A stretch of DNA of 64,000 nucleotides, from IMG/VR virus record IMGVR_UViG_3300028394_002011; one strand, 5' to 3'. Source of the stretch: a virus. Within the stretch, counting starts at the first letter, position 1. Each line of letters opens with the position of its first letter. Below the pieces are notes generated by a model. That model was not told the DNA's origin, did not search any database, and worked only from the letters and a program-made list of their open reading frames with translations. A program made the translations under genes and the position numbers. Of the stretch, positions 45,415 to 56,179 are shown one piece after another.

Positions 45415-46110
45415 ATGTTTGGTGCAAATTATACAAATGGCGGAATTTTAAATTATAGATCCGCCGCTGAAATCAATTCAGCCATGGGCCGTGTGTACGG
45501 ACATATGAGTCTTGCTGTTATTGTTTCTATGATGGTCAGCTACTTTGTTGGCACTAGTCCAGAGTTGCTGGAATTCTTTTTTACAGGTGTACTAAAGTGG
45601 ATTGTGATCTTTGCTCCGCTGGCGGCAATCTTTGGTATTAGCTTTGTGTTAGGTAACAATCCTAGCAAAGGTGTAGCGCAGTTATGCTTACATGGTTTTG
45701 CGGCATTAATGGGTCTGAGCTTTGCCACAATTTTTGCTGTGTTTACCATGGGATCAATTGTGTCGGCCTTTATGGGTGCGGCAATCTTGTTTGGTGTAAT
45801 GAGTGGCTATGGCTATTTTACCAAACGGAGTCTAGATAGTCTTGGTAAGTTTATGTTTGTTGGTTTAATTGCAATTGTTATTGCCAGCATCGTCAATATC
45901 TTTATTGGTAGTACTGTGATGCAGATGGTGATTTCTGCACTAGCCATTATTATCTTTTTAGGACTTACTGCTTATGATACACAACAAATTCGAGAAGAGC
46001 TAAGTGTAGAGACTAGTGACAGCGCAGAAATTCGTGGAGCACTAACTCTGTACATGGACTTTATCAACTTGTTTATCAACTTGTTACAGTTGTTTGGAGA
46101 TAGAAAATGA
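45415..46110 (+). CDS. Bax inhibitor-1/YccA family membrane protein
   Basis: About 7 TM segments; LTAYDTQQI; ALTLYMDFINLF. Confidence 0.93.
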   Translation: MFGANYTNGGILNYRSAAEINSAMGRVYGHMSLAVIVSMMVSYFVGTSPELLEFFFTGVLKWIVIFAPLAAIFGISFVLGNNPSKGVAQLCLHGFAALMGLSFATIFAVFTMGSIVSAFMGAAILFGVMSGYGYFTKRSLDSLGKFMFVGLIAIVIASIVNIFIGSTVMQMVISALAIIIFLGLTAYDTQQIREELSVETSDSAEIRGALTLYMDFINLFINLLQLFGDRK

Positions 46111-46544
46111 TTCGTGAATACATCAATATTGTAGAAGGTCTGCATATTACTGACGACTGGTTCAAGGACGGTGGATTCAAAGCCTACAAACGTCCTGCCA
46201 AAGAACGTTATGAGATTGCAGATGAACCTGGCACTATTGATACACTGGAAGGACCAGTCAAGTATTCTAAAGGTTTTTATATTATGACTGGGCCCAAAGG
46301 AGAACAATATCCTATCAGTCCAGAACGGTTTGACGATCTTAAAGACGATTTGGGAGATGGAGTTTGTACACCAAAAAAGATCGTCAAATGGGCCAAGTTG
46401 GCGGATCGTTCCGGATCAGTTGACACCAGCTGGGGAGAGAAGCTACACTATAATCCAGGCGAAGATGTTATCGTTCGCCATGGTGAAAATGATTACGGTG
46501 TAGTCAAAAAAGACATCTTTGCACAAACATACGAGAAAATATAA
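46107..46544 (+). CDS. PGDYG-like protein
   Basis: TLEGPV...GPKGEQYPI...PGEDVIVRHGENDYGVV.KDIFAQTY. Confidence 0.75.
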   Translation: MIREYINIVEGLHITDDWFKDGGFKAYKRPAKERYEIADEPGTIDTLEGPVKYSKGFYIMTGPKGEQYPISPERFDDLKDDLGDGVCTPKKIVKWAKLADRSGSVDTSWGEKLHYNPGEDVIVRHGENDYGVVKKDIFAQTYEKI

Positions 46545-47383
46545 TGGCACAACATAGCACATATTGGAGTTGTACTCCATTTGCAGACTGGATTCGAGGC
46601 ACTAAGAAGTTGAGTGCGGGCACAGCCGAAGAATGGAACGAGTGGACCACTCGGGCTCAAATGAAACACAACTTCCGTTATTGGCTAGCAGAAGAAGCAC
46701 TTGGACACGTTCAAGATTTTGTCACATGGCCTGTAAGGAAAATTTATGATGCAAAGTATTATATCAATAATCGATTCGTTACTCGAACCCACTCACTCAC
46801 TGCTCACCCTCGTGATATTACCCCTGGTAATTGGTGCGATGTTGGCAATCGTTTTCTCCCATGTCTTTTTAACGAACTTGTGGATTTTGTTGAAGTAGAG
46901 TCTGCATGGAGTCACATCGCTTGGGGAAGCAAAGAAGATCGTGCCAAATACAATCCTCCTTTCTGGGCCAGTGGTTGGTGGCGTTGGAGAACTTGGCGTT
47001 GCCCACAAGCAGGACTTGATCATCTCGATTGGGCAATGACTTTGACTAACACTGACTGGTGTGAACCAGATCATCCTGACTACGGCAAACCTACCGGACA
47101 AGCAATTCGTGCCAAAGAAATCAAAGAGCTGTACACTTGGTGGACAGTGACTTATCGCAACCGACCCGATCCATATGAAGCCAGCGGGTGGACTGCGGCC
47201 TGCGAAGCAAGTCGTATCGCCAATGGTGGCAAGTTAAATTGGGGACAAGAAAAAGATCCTACACTTAAAAAGGCCAGCGATAAAGCACACAAGCTACTGC
47301 AAAAGATTGAAGCATCTTACGAAAAAGAAGATACCGAAATGATGATTCGTCTTATCAAAGCTCGCGATAGCCTATGGACATAA
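46544..47383 (+). CDS. conserved hypothetical phage protein (Trp-rich)
   Basis: 279 aa. Confidence 0.82.
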   Translation: MAQHSTYWSCTPFADWIRGTKKLSAGTAEEWNEWTTRAQMKHNFRYWLAEEALGHVQDFVTWPVRKIYDAKYYINNRFVTRTHSLTAHPRDITPGNWCDVGNRFLPCLFNELVDFVEVESAWSHIAWGSKEDRAKYNPPFWASGWWRWRTWRCPQAGLDHLDWAMTLTNTDWCEPDHPDYGKPTGQAIRAKEIKELYTWWTVTYRNRPDPYEASGWTAACEASRIANGGKLNWGQEKDPTLKKASDKAHKLLQKIEASYEKEDTEMMIRLIKARDSLWT

Positions 47384-48736
47384 ATGAAAAACGAAAAACA
47401 AAAATTAACCGATGTTGTTATTAAATTAAAAAATGTAAGTGAAAGTTTTTGTCTAGCTAAATGGTATCAATTGACGTTATACCTTCAGACTGGATTTAAT
47501 CATAGTTGTCACCATCCAAGCCCGCATAAAGTTTCTATAGAAGAACTTAATCAAAATTACAAAGCACTGCATAATACTAAGTTTAAAAAAGAACAAATGC
47601 AAAAGATGCTAGACGGTGAACGTCCTAGCGAGTGCGATTATTGCTGGCGAGCAGAAGACGCAGGTCATATTAGTGATCGATTTTATAAAAGTGCCGGGCA
47701 TTGGGCTATGCCTTACATAGACGATGTTGTTAAAAATAAAACTGCTGACATTGAGCCAAGGTATGTTGAAATTAGTTTTAGTAACGTGTGCAATTTTAAG
47801 TGTGCATATTGCAGTCCAGATTTAAGTAGTCAGTGGCATGAAGAAATTTCAAAACATGGAGCATACCCTACTAGTCAAAATTACAACGGATTTGATTGGT
47901 TTAAACAAGTAGGCAAAATGCCTATTAAACATAGTGATCCAAATCCTTATGTAGATGCATTTTGGACCTGGTGGCCTGAATTATACAAAAATTTACATAC
48001 ATTAAGATTAACCGGCGGCGAACCATTGTTGAGCAAAGACGTGTGGCGCATGTTAGACGCTATCGAAGCTGAACCAAAGAAGGATCTAGTATTTGCTATT
48101 AATTCTAATCTAGGTGTTGGTAGAGATATGATTGACAGAATGATTACTAAAATTAATAACATTAGTAAAAACATTCAAGAAGTACAAATTTTTACTAGCG
48201 GCGAAGCTATGGGTGAGCAAGGCGAGTATATAAGATACGGGCTTGATTATAAAGAGTGGTGTCAAAATTTAGAATATGTATTAGACAATACTAATAATAT
48301 TGTAGCAGTAATGACTACTGTGAATCTAACTAGCATTACCACTTATTGTAATTTTATAAGGTACTTGTTAGATCTACGTGGTCATTATAATAAAACTGCT
48401 ACATTCAATAAAGTTCAATTTATGACTAATACATTGCGTTATCCTGAATTTTTATCATTGACTTTATTGGATCAAACTAGTAAAATAAAATTTGCACAAG
48501 ATGTTGAACAGTTAATAGAAGAACGTGGTAAGTTCGATGGATTAGCCACATTATCATTTAGTGAGATAGATCAACTACGCCGAATGGTTGACTATATGAA
48601 TGAAACTAATCCTAACGAAGAAATGCTACGCAAAGACTTTGCATCGTTTATTACAGAGTATGATAGTAGACGCAATACTGATTTTAATCAAACATTTCCC
48701 GAACTTACTGAATTTTATAAACTATGTCAGAATTAA
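47384..48736 (+). CDS. radical SAM protein with N-terminal auxiliary Fe-S domain
   Basis: CNFKCAYC; TGGEP; FCLAKW...SCHHP...CDYC. Confidence 0.92.
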   Translation: MKNEKQKLTDVVIKLKNVSESFCLAKWYQLTLYLQTGFNHSCHHPSPHKVSIEELNQNYKALHNTKFKKEQMQKMLDGERPSECDYCWRAEDAGHISDRFYKSAGHWAMPYIDDVVKNKTADIEPRYVEISFSNVCNFKCAYCSPDLSSQWHEEISKHGAYPTSQNYNGFDWFKQVGKMPIKHSDPNPYVDAFWTWWPELYKNLHTLRLTGGEPLLSKDVWRMLDAIEAEPKKDLVFAINSNLGVGRDMIDRMITKINNISKNIQEVQIFTSGEAMGEQGEYIRYGLDYKEWCQNLEYVLDNTNNIVAVMTTVNLTSITTYCNFIRYLLDLRGHYNKTATFNKVQFMTNTLRYPEFLSLTLLDQTSKIKFAQDVEQLIEERGKFDGLATLSFSEIDQLRRMVDYMNETNPNEEMLRKDFASFITEYDSRRNTDFNQTFPELTEFYKLCQN

Positions 48737-50043
48737 AAAAAACTATCAAAATTATAAATGACATTAGTCCAAGTTTTTGTGCGGCTAAATGGTATAATGC
48801 TACAATATGGTTAGGCAACGGCAGGACTGCAAGTTGCCACTTACCACCAGCACATACTATTCCTTTGAAAGAAATAGCAGTCAATCCTAGTGCGTTGCAT
48901 AATACTGAATTTAAAAAACAACGTAGAGAAGAAATGCTTGCAGGAGTGAGATGTGAAGAATGTGCATATTGCTGGACTGTGGAAGATGCTAACGCTCCTG
49001 ATGTGTTTAGCGATAGAGCTTATAAAAGTAATATCTATTCAGAAACCGATATTAATAATTTAGCAGGATTTACAGGAAATATAAATCCTAAGACTTTAGA
49101 AATTAGTTTTGATAACTTGTGCAATTTAAGTTGCAGTTATTGTAATGCAGAATTTAGTACTACTTGGGCAAGTGATATAAAAGAAAATGGGCCGTATGCT
49201 AATTTAAAAACTAGCGGTGGTGGCACATTCCAAAATGCAGGCGAACACGCAATGCCCTATGGAATTAAAAATGAAGATAATCCTTACATTAAAGCATTCT
49301 TTATTTGGTTTAATTCAGGTTTAAAAAACGAACTTCAAGAGTTACGTGTTACCGGCGGCGAACCCACACGAAGTCCGTGGTTTTGGAAATTGCTAGAAGA
49401 GTGCAAAGATACTACATTTGATTTTGCTGTAAATTCCAATTTGATCATGGATCAAAATAAAATGAAACAGCTTATAGAAGCTAGTAAGAAGTTTCAAAAA
49501 TTTGATTTGTATACCAGCGGAGAAGGATACGGTGCTCACGGTGAATTTATACGTGATGGTCTAGACTACACACTATGGCGCAATAATTTAATTCAGTTTG
49601 CTACCGAAGGACATTATAAAATGATCCATGTTATGCTAACTATCAGCGCATTAAGTATATGGACTATTACAGAATTCATGGATGATGTTTTAGATTTGAG
49701 AAAGAAATTCAATGGGCATCAGTTTCATATGAGTGTTAATATATTGAGATTTCCAAGTTTTCAAAATTTAAATGTGTTGCCTGTAGAATTAAAAATTGCA
49801 CAAGCTGACAAAATAGAAACTTGGTTGTCACAGCCCCATAACATTTCAGGACATGAACGCAATCAAATTGAAAGATTAATTGCATATTTACGTAACGTAG
49901 AACGTAGCCAGGAAGATCAAGATAGTTTAGAAAATAAGATAAATGACTTTGTACAGTTTACACGGCAGTATGCTATGAGAAAAAACAAAGACATAGCATC
50001 TAGTTTTCCGGCAGAATTTATTAATTGGATCAATTCAATATGA
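48724..50043 (+). CDS. radical SAM protein with N-terminal auxiliary Fe-S domain
   Basis: CNLSCSYC; TGGEP; FCAAKW...SCHLP...CAYC; paralogue of 47384. Confidence 0.92.
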   Translation: MSELKKTIKIINDISPSFCAAKWYNATIWLGNGRTASCHLPPAHTIPLKEIAVNPSALHNTEFKKQRREEMLAGVRCEECAYCWTVEDANAPDVFSDRAYKSNIYSETDINNLAGFTGNINPKTLEISFDNLCNLSCSYCNAEFSTTWASDIKENGPYANLKTSGGGTFQNAGEHAMPYGIKNEDNPYIKAFFIWFNSGLKNELQELRVTGGEPTRSPWFWKLLEECKDTTFDFAVNSNLIMDQNKMKQLIEASKKFQKFDLYTSGEGYGAHGEFIRDGLDYTLWRNNLIQFATEGHYKMIHVMLTISALSIWTITEFMDDVLDLRKKFNGHQFHMSVNILRFPSFQNLNVLPVELKIAQADKIETWLSQPHNISGHERNQIERLIAYLRNVERSQEDQDSLENKINDFVQFTRQYAMRKNKDIASSFPAEFINWINSI

Positions 50044-50837
50044 AATTTATTTTTTTAAAATCAGGAGATTATTTAGAGTTTACTCCAAGACCTACTAAGT
50101 TTGTTGGAGAGTGGTTTGATTTTTTGTTTAAAAATGGAATTGCTCACCAATTTACTAATCAAGAACAATCGTGGGCGACAACTAGCAGTGAGCAATATAT
50201 GACTGAGATCAATCAGCATATTGATATTGTAAATCATTTTTTAAGAATTTCTTTACCCGTTGTTACTGAATTTAGAAAGAATTCTAATATAAATCAAAAA
50301 TGGTTAAATGGTCTGCACAAATCGTGGGCCTATGCAACTCATCATTATAAAAATGAAATTTTTGTCATACCAAAAAATGTAAAAGAATCTTGGCAGGAGA
50401 TCAATAATCTAATACATAAAATTGAATTAAATTATATCCAAGTGTTTAAAAATTCTGTTGTTACAGAAATTCCTGAACTGGCAAACCTTAAAGTTACAAA
50501 AGAAGATTGCGAATTTGGACAATATGACTTAGTATTAAATTATGGCAATTTGGGACGCCATCAATTTAACCAATGGCAAGTTGGGAAGGATTGCATTGAT
50601 GATGAGACTAATAATTATCAAGTAGTAGGTACAAATTTTAGTTATTTCCAAGGAGTAGATTGCTACCCTCAATTGGAAGCACCGCCCGAATATGTAAAGT
50701 GGTGTAAAAAACAAAACTTAGAAATATTAGGGCCGTGGATTCCGTTTGGAAAATTTAAAATATCAGATTCGTGGACTGTCAAAGAAATAATGCACAGAAA
50801 TCTTAAAGACGACTTGGCAGTTGGATTTGAACGATGA
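50025..50837 (+). CDS. hypothetical protein
   Basis: 270 aa within the island. Confidence 0.75.
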   Translation: MDQFNMKFIFLKSGDYLEFTPRPTKFVGEWFDFLFKNGIAHQFTNQEQSWATTSSEQYMTEINQHIDIVNHFLRISLPVVTEFRKNSNINQKWLNGLHKSWAYATHHYKNEIFVIPKNVKESWQEINNLIHKIELNYIQVFKNSVVTEIPELANLKVTKEDCEFGQYDLVLNYGNLGRHQFNQWQVGKDCIDDETNNYQVVGTNFSYFQGVDCYPQLEAPPEYVKWCKKQNLEILGPWIPFGKFKISDSWTVKEIMHRNLKDDLAVGFER

Positions 50838-52045
50838 GTAAATTTATTTGCGATTTTCCGTGGATACATTTGAGCACATTTCCGCAAGGCAATTGTACTA
50901 TTTGCTGTGTGGCCGAACATACGGGGAAACTCAACGGTCATAGTTGGAACAAAACACCTGATGACAAAACACAAACTTTAACTGTTGCCAATAGTTCTAT
51001 ATCAGAAATTATTAACTGCGATAATTATAAATCTATTAGACTAGACATGCTAGAGGGCCGTATACCTCCTGCTTGCGCAGGATGCCATAAAGTAGAACAA
51101 GCAGGCGGCAAAAGTAAAAGACAAAGCGAAACCAACAGAAACTTAAATCATGCGGAACTTACTAGTGCCGATGGATCGATTGTTCCAGATTTACGTCATA
51201 TTGAATTACGTCTTGGAAATCATTGTAATTTAAAATGTCGAAGTTGTAATGCAGACTCTAGCACTAGTTGGATCCAAGATTATTACAAATTAAAAGATAC
51301 TGTTAAACTAGCGTCAGGCTATCATTGGATTAAAAATAATCCTGACTTTACATTTGACTGGGTCGATGACGAATCTTTTTACGATAAACTAATTGAAGTT
51401 GCTCCTAATTTAGAACAAATTCATATTAGTGGCGGTGAGCCGTTCCTTGTACCTACACATTTTAAATTACTTGAAAGGTTGGTAAAAGAAGGCCGTACCG
51501 ATATTGCTATACATTACCATACTAATTTAAATTATAAGTTTGAAAAAGTTAAGCCTGCATTAGACTTGTTAACTAATTTTAGAGAAGTTCATATTAGTTT
51601 TAGTATCGACGACGTTGCAGAACGTAATACATACATTAGAAGTTTAAGCGACTGGGATTTAATGATCAAAAATCTCAAATTGATTACTGAAAATTATAAA
51701 TTTATTTTCCGTATAACACAAACTATCAGTGTTTATAATTTTTTATATGTTGAAGAGCTTGAACAATATTTAAAAAATGAAGGCATTGATATTCGCATTC
51801 ATCTAAATCACGTACATAGTCCAGACTATTTGATGGCAAATGTATTGCCAAAAGAAGTAAGGCAACAAAAGATCAATTCAATTTACGGATTGATCAATGA
51901 TAAACTTTGGCAGGATTTATACGGACATTATTTTAGTCCGGAGTCAAACGGACTGTGGGACGATTTCAAACATTTTACATCAAACGTTGATTTGATTAGA
52001 AACGAATCACTAAATACTCATTTTAATAAACTAATAACATTATGA
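50834..52045 (+). CDS. radical SAM protein with N-terminal SPASM/twitch domain
   Basis: CNLKCRSC; SGGEP; CDFPWIH...ICC...CAGC. Confidence 0.92.
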   Translation: MSKFICDFPWIHLSTFPQGNCTICCVAEHTGKLNGHSWNKTPDDKTQTLTVANSSISEIINCDNYKSIRLDMLEGRIPPACAGCHKVEQAGGKSKRQSETNRNLNHAELTSADGSIVPDLRHIELRLGNHCNLKCRSCNADSSTSWIQDYYKLKDTVKLASGYHWIKNNPDFTFDWVDDESFYDKLIEVAPNLEQIHISGGEPFLVPTHFKLLERLVKEGRTDIAIHYHTNLNYKFEKVKPALDLLTNFREVHISFSIDDVAERNTYIRSLSDWDLMIKNLKLITENYKFIFRITQTISVYNFLYVEELEQYLKNEGIDIRIHLNHVHSPDYLMANVLPKEVRQQKINSIYGLINDKLWQDLYGHYFSPESNGLWDDFKHFTSNVDLIRNESLNTHFNKLITL

Positions 52046-53247
52046 TTCCTGAAAAATTCTGTGTGGTGCCGTGGATACATTTAAATCCAGAACCTAGCGG
52101 CGCTGTTAAACCATGCTGTGCATATTTTGATAATTCAAAACCTGCATTTCAAAATATAAAAGATTTTTCTTTAGAGGAAATTTGGAATAGCGATGATCAA
52201 AAAAATCTGAGAAAACAATTTCTAAACAATCAAACACCTCAAGGTTGTGCTACTTGCACAAAAAAAGAAGGTAGCGGCAACCACAGTTTTAGGATGGCCA
52301 TGAATGAACGATTTGCCAAACACATCGTTCCTGCTATTGAAAATACAGAACCAGACGGTCACTATGAAAATTTCAATTTGGTCTATTGGGATTTTAGATT
52401 CAGCAATGTTTGTAACTTTAAATGCAGAATGTGTGGTCCTACCTGTAGCAGTTCGTGGTATGAAGAGTCGGACAGATCTCGTCCTAAAATTATGGACAAA
52501 GACTTTTACGGACGTGACTTGATGCCGTATGTGGACCAGTCTATTAATGTTGTGGAAGAAGTTTATTTTGCAGGTGGTGAGCCGTTAATGATGCCAGAAC
52601 ACTATCAAGTATTAGATAAACTAATGGAGCACAACCGTTATGATGTGTTTTTAAGATACAACACAAATTTAAGTACTATCAAATACAAATCATATGATTT
52701 GATCAATGTTTGGAAAAAGTTTAAAAAAGTTCAACTGTTTGTGAGTCTTGACGGTTATGGTGAAAACGCAGAATACAGTAGAAGCGGTACTGACTGGCCG
52801 CGTGTTGAAGATAATCTTAAAAAATTAATCGAGCATGATATTTCTCTAGTTATATCATGTACTGTTAATATATTTAATGTGTTTCATTTACCTGATTTTA
52901 TAGATAGATTAATATCACTCAATGTCCCGCTGAAAAAGTTACTGATCAGTAATTTGATATTTCCTACACATTATCAAGTTGCAATACTTAGCGATGAATT
53001 AAAAATTAAATTAAAAGAAAAGTATACTAATCATTTAGCTATGTTGAGCGATTCAGATAGAAATATTATTGTTTCAAAATATGAACAAATCTTTTATTAT
53101 TTAGAAATGCCCGTTACCAACGATGATCAAAAATCATTTGTTAAATCAACGCTAAGATTAGATGCAAGCAGGAACGAAAACATCACAGATGTAATTCCAG
53201 AATACCAAGAATGGTTTTTTGAATTAAAAACAAAATATAATTTATAA
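52042..53247 (+). CDS. radical SAM protein with N-terminal SPASM/twitch domain
   Basis: CNFKCRMC; AGGEP; CVVPWIH...KPCC...CATC. Confidence 0.93.
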   Translation: MIPEKFCVVPWIHLNPEPSGAVKPCCAYFDNSKPAFQNIKDFSLEEIWNSDDQKNLRKQFLNNQTPQGCATCTKKEGSGNHSFRMAMNERFAKHIVPAIENTEPDGHYENFNLVYWDFRFSNVCNFKCRMCGPTCSSSWYEESDRSRPKIMDKDFYGRDLMPYVDQSINVVEEVYFAGGEPLMMPEHYQVLDKLMEHNRYDVFLRYNTNLSTIKYKSYDLINVWKKFKKVQLFVSLDGYGENAEYSRSGTDWPRVEDNLKKLIEHDISLVISCTVNIFNVFHLPDFIDRLISLNVPLKKLLISNLIFPTHYQVAILSDELKIKLKEKYTNHLAMLSDSDRNIIVSKYEQIFYYLEMPVTNDDQKSFVKSTLRLDASRNENITDVIPEYQEWFFELKTKYNL

Positions 53248-53248
53248 T

Positions 53249-54406
53249 ATGAAAAATATTTGGTTACCCAACAATGTGTCGATGGTACACTGCGAGCTTT
53301 CTACATTTTGTAACGCCGCTTGCCCTAACTGTCCTAGATTTTTTACTGGTACTCATGTTGTGAGATCAGGTGTTACACTAGCTCAAGTAACAATAGATCA
53401 GTTTAAAAACTGGTTTGAAGAAGAATTTATTAAAAATGTAACCCAGTGGAAATTCTGCGGAACGCATGGAGATCCTATGATGGCCAAGGATGTAGTTAAG
53501 ATAATCCGTTACATCTTTGATATTAATCCGCAAACTAATATTACTGTTAATACCAACGGGGGTATACGTAATGAACAAGACTGGCAGACTCTAGGAGAAA
53601 TTTCTTCTAAACATAAATTAAAAATTGTGTTTTCAGTTGATGGATTAGAAGATACCAATCATTTATATCGTAGAAATGTAGAGTGGACTAAGCTAATGGT
53701 AAATGTACAGTCCTACATAAACTCAGGTGGATATGCTCATTGGGAGTTTTTAACTTTTAGACACAACGAACATCAGATTACAGAAGCAAAAGAATTAAGC
53801 AGACAATTAGGATTTGCAGAATTTCTTCAAAAAAGAGCTGTTGGTTTTGAACATGACGGAAATTTAACTGATATGCCTGTATTTAACGCAGATGGAGAAT
53901 ACGATTATTCGATTTTACCTCCTTTAAATTCGGAATATAGAATGTCTAAGATTAGTTTAGAAAAAATCGTCGACAGGCGCCGAGATAATCTTACAAACTA
54001 CTACAGAGAAAATATCGATAAGTTAAAAGATAACTTTGAAGAAACTGTTAGTAATTTTGAAGATACTATCGAATCTGACAATGTTACAATCAATTGCAAT
54101 TCTAAAAAAGATAAAAACAGTGAAATTTATATTAATGTTAACGGCATAGTATTCCCATGTTGTTTTATGGGGAACTCTATAGATGCATTTGATTCGCAAC
54201 CACATGCATTACAACTAAAAACTCGATTAAGAGAATACGGTGTTGATAACTTTGATTTAAATAAAAAATCAATAACTAAAATTTTAAATGAAAATCATTT
54301 AAATCAATTTGCATCTAATGATTGGGAAACTCCTAAGTGTCTTGAATTTTGCAAGAAAACTTGTGGAAATTCACATATAATAAACCGTATATATGATATT
54401 AAATAA
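53249..54406 (+). CDS. radical SAM protein with C-terminal SPASM domain
   Basis: CNAACPNC; CGTHGDP; VFPCC...CKKTC; same subtype as 28134. Confidence 0.9.
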   Translation: MKNIWLPNNVSMVHCELSTFCNAACPNCPRFFTGTHVVRSGVTLAQVTIDQFKNWFEEEFIKNVTQWKFCGTHGDPMMAKDVVKIIRYIFDINPQTNITVNTNGGIRNEQDWQTLGEISSKHKLKIVFSVDGLEDTNHLYRRNVEWTKLMVNVQSYINSGGYAHWEFLTFRHNEHQITEAKELSRQLGFAEFLQKRAVGFEHDGNLTDMPVFNADGEYDYSILPPLNSEYRMSKISLEKIVDRRRDNLTNYYRENIDKLKDNFEETVSNFEDTIESDNVTINCNSKKDKNSEIYINVNGIVFPCCFMGNSIDAFDSQPHALQLKTRLREYGVDNFDLNKKSITKILNENHLNQFASNDWETPKCLEFCKKTCGNSHIINRIYDIK

Positions 54407-54998
54407 TTTTAAATTACTTGACGATACATGTATTAATAAAATATATAGTAATTGTATTTGGACATTTGATATTATCACCAATATTGATGTATCTGAGCAG
54501 TTGTTCATTTCTGAGTATCAACCTCTGAATAGCTTACTTCCAATTGGTGGTCGAAAAAACTATATAAAAAAATCGTCTGATATTCTCGACACGTTTATTA
54601 ACACGTTAAATGATTTAGTATTTTTAAAAACACAAGAGCTAGTATTCTCGGAAAAAATGAAAGGAACATTCCAATCAAGATGGCCGATTGAAGAAGAGCA
54701 ATTCAACCATAATATGTTTGCAATGACGCATATATTTAAAGATCCGCCAAACTTTAGTATGGGTAAGCATTTAGATAATCAAAGAGTTGTAGGAAACGCT
54801 ATTGTTAATCTTATAGATAATTCCAGTACTACTGAATTTTTTGACTATAGAGATCCAGATAAAGTTATTTTTTCAACTATTGGAGCCAGAAATACTGGAG
54901 TATTGTTTTTAAATACACCTGCCGCTTTACACCACATCAAAAATAAAAATGCAGATCGTTACATTGCTAATTCTTCTATAATGATAAAAAAATGGTAA
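54393..54998 (+). CDS. hypothetical protein, possible 2OG-Fe(II) oxygenase
   Basis: MGKHLDN ... FLNTPAALHHI ... RY. Confidence 0.55.
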   Translation: MILNNFKLLDDTCINKIYSNCIWTFDIITNIDVSEQLFISEYQPLNSLLPIGGRKNYIKKSSDILDTFINTLNDLVFLKTQELVFSEKMKGTFQSRWPIEEEQFNHNMFAMTHIFKDPPNFSMGKHLDNQRVVGNAIVNLIDNSSTTEFFDYRDPDKVIFSTIGARNTGVLFLNTPAALHHIKNKNADRYIANSSIMIKKW

Positions 54999-56179
54999 CT
55001 AAATCTAAAACTTTTTGCCTGCATCCCTTTACCCATTTGGAAATAGCAAACTCTGGAGAAATTGCACCGTGTTGTAGTTTTGATCGGTACTACAAGTTAG
55101 ACAACGGCAATACGGCAACAATAGCAGATTCTTTTGACAGCATTATTAATAGTCAACATTCATTAGAGTTAAAAAAAGCATTACTCAACGATGAGCAACA
55201 TCCAGGGTGCCGAAGATGTTGGGAAGATGAAGCGGCTGGACGAGCCAGTCAACGACAACGATATACTCGACGTTACATGGAATATCAGGATCAATTTACT
55301 AATTATGATCAATTTAAATTATTATCTTTTGATTTAAAATTAGGAAACACTTGTAATCAGATGTGTGTGATATGTCATCCTGGTAACAGCTCTATGCTGG
55401 TAAACGAATATAAGGTATTATTTCCGCATAGACGAGCCAATTACATTGGATTAGATTGGTATAGATTTTCTGAAAATATGGAAAAGATTGAAAAAGAATT
55501 AGACACAATTTTGCATATTGATTTTTTTGGTGGCGAACCTTGGCTAATTAAGCAACAATGGGAAATTCTTCAAAAGTTAATTAAGATAGGTCGCAGTCGC
55601 GAAGTAACATTAAATTATGCGACTAACGGAAGTATTTTTAGCGAAGAATATTTTGATATTTTTTCTAAATTCAAAAAAGTTAGTATATTGTTTAGTGCTG
55701 ACGGAATTGAAGATACTTTTGAATATAATAGATATCCCGGTAAATGGGATGTTTTTAAAAATAATTTGCAAAAAAGTTTAAGCTATGCAAATCCAAATCT
55801 ATCAATTAATATTAGTTATACTGTGAGTATGTATAGTATCTTCAATGTTATTGAAAGTTTGGAATATTATTCTTCAATATCGAATGAAACTAACAATTTA
55901 AAAGTTTGGTTTAATCTAGTCAATGATGAAGAATATGCAATAAAAAATTTACCTAACGAATTTAAAGAACTGTTGATAAAAAAAATAACACAACATATAA
56001 ATGTTGACTGGCCATTGTTAGATAAAAATAGTTTACAGTCTCTTATTTACGAATTACAAAAATCAAACGACGAATCTAAATGGAAACGATTTAAAAAAAT
56101 TACCAGTGATCGCGACCATCTTCGATCCCAGTCAATATCAACTATAATACCAGAACTATCATGGATCAGCACACATTAG
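54992..56179 (+). CDS. radical SAM protein with N-terminal SPASM/twitch domain
   Basis: CNQMCVIC; FGGEP; CLHPFTH...APCC...CRRC. Confidence 0.92.
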   Translation: MVTKSKTFCLHPFTHLEIANSGEIAPCCSFDRYYKLDNGNTATIADSFDSIINSQHSLELKKALLNDEQHPGCRRCWEDEAAGRASQRQRYTRRYMEYQDQFTNYDQFKLLSFDLKLGNTCNQMCVICHPGNSSMLVNEYKVLFPHRRANYIGLDWYRFSENMEKIEKELDTILHIDFFGGEPWLIKQQWEILQKLIKIGRSREVTLNYATNGSIFSEEYFDIFSKFKKVSILFSADGIEDTFEYNRYPGKWDVFKNNLQKSLSYANPNLSINISYTVSMYSIFNVIESLEYYSSISNETNNLKVWFNLVNDEEYAIKNLPNEFKELLIKKITQHINVDWPLLDKNSLQSLIYELQKSNDESKWKRFKKITSDRDHLRSQSISTIIPELSWISTH

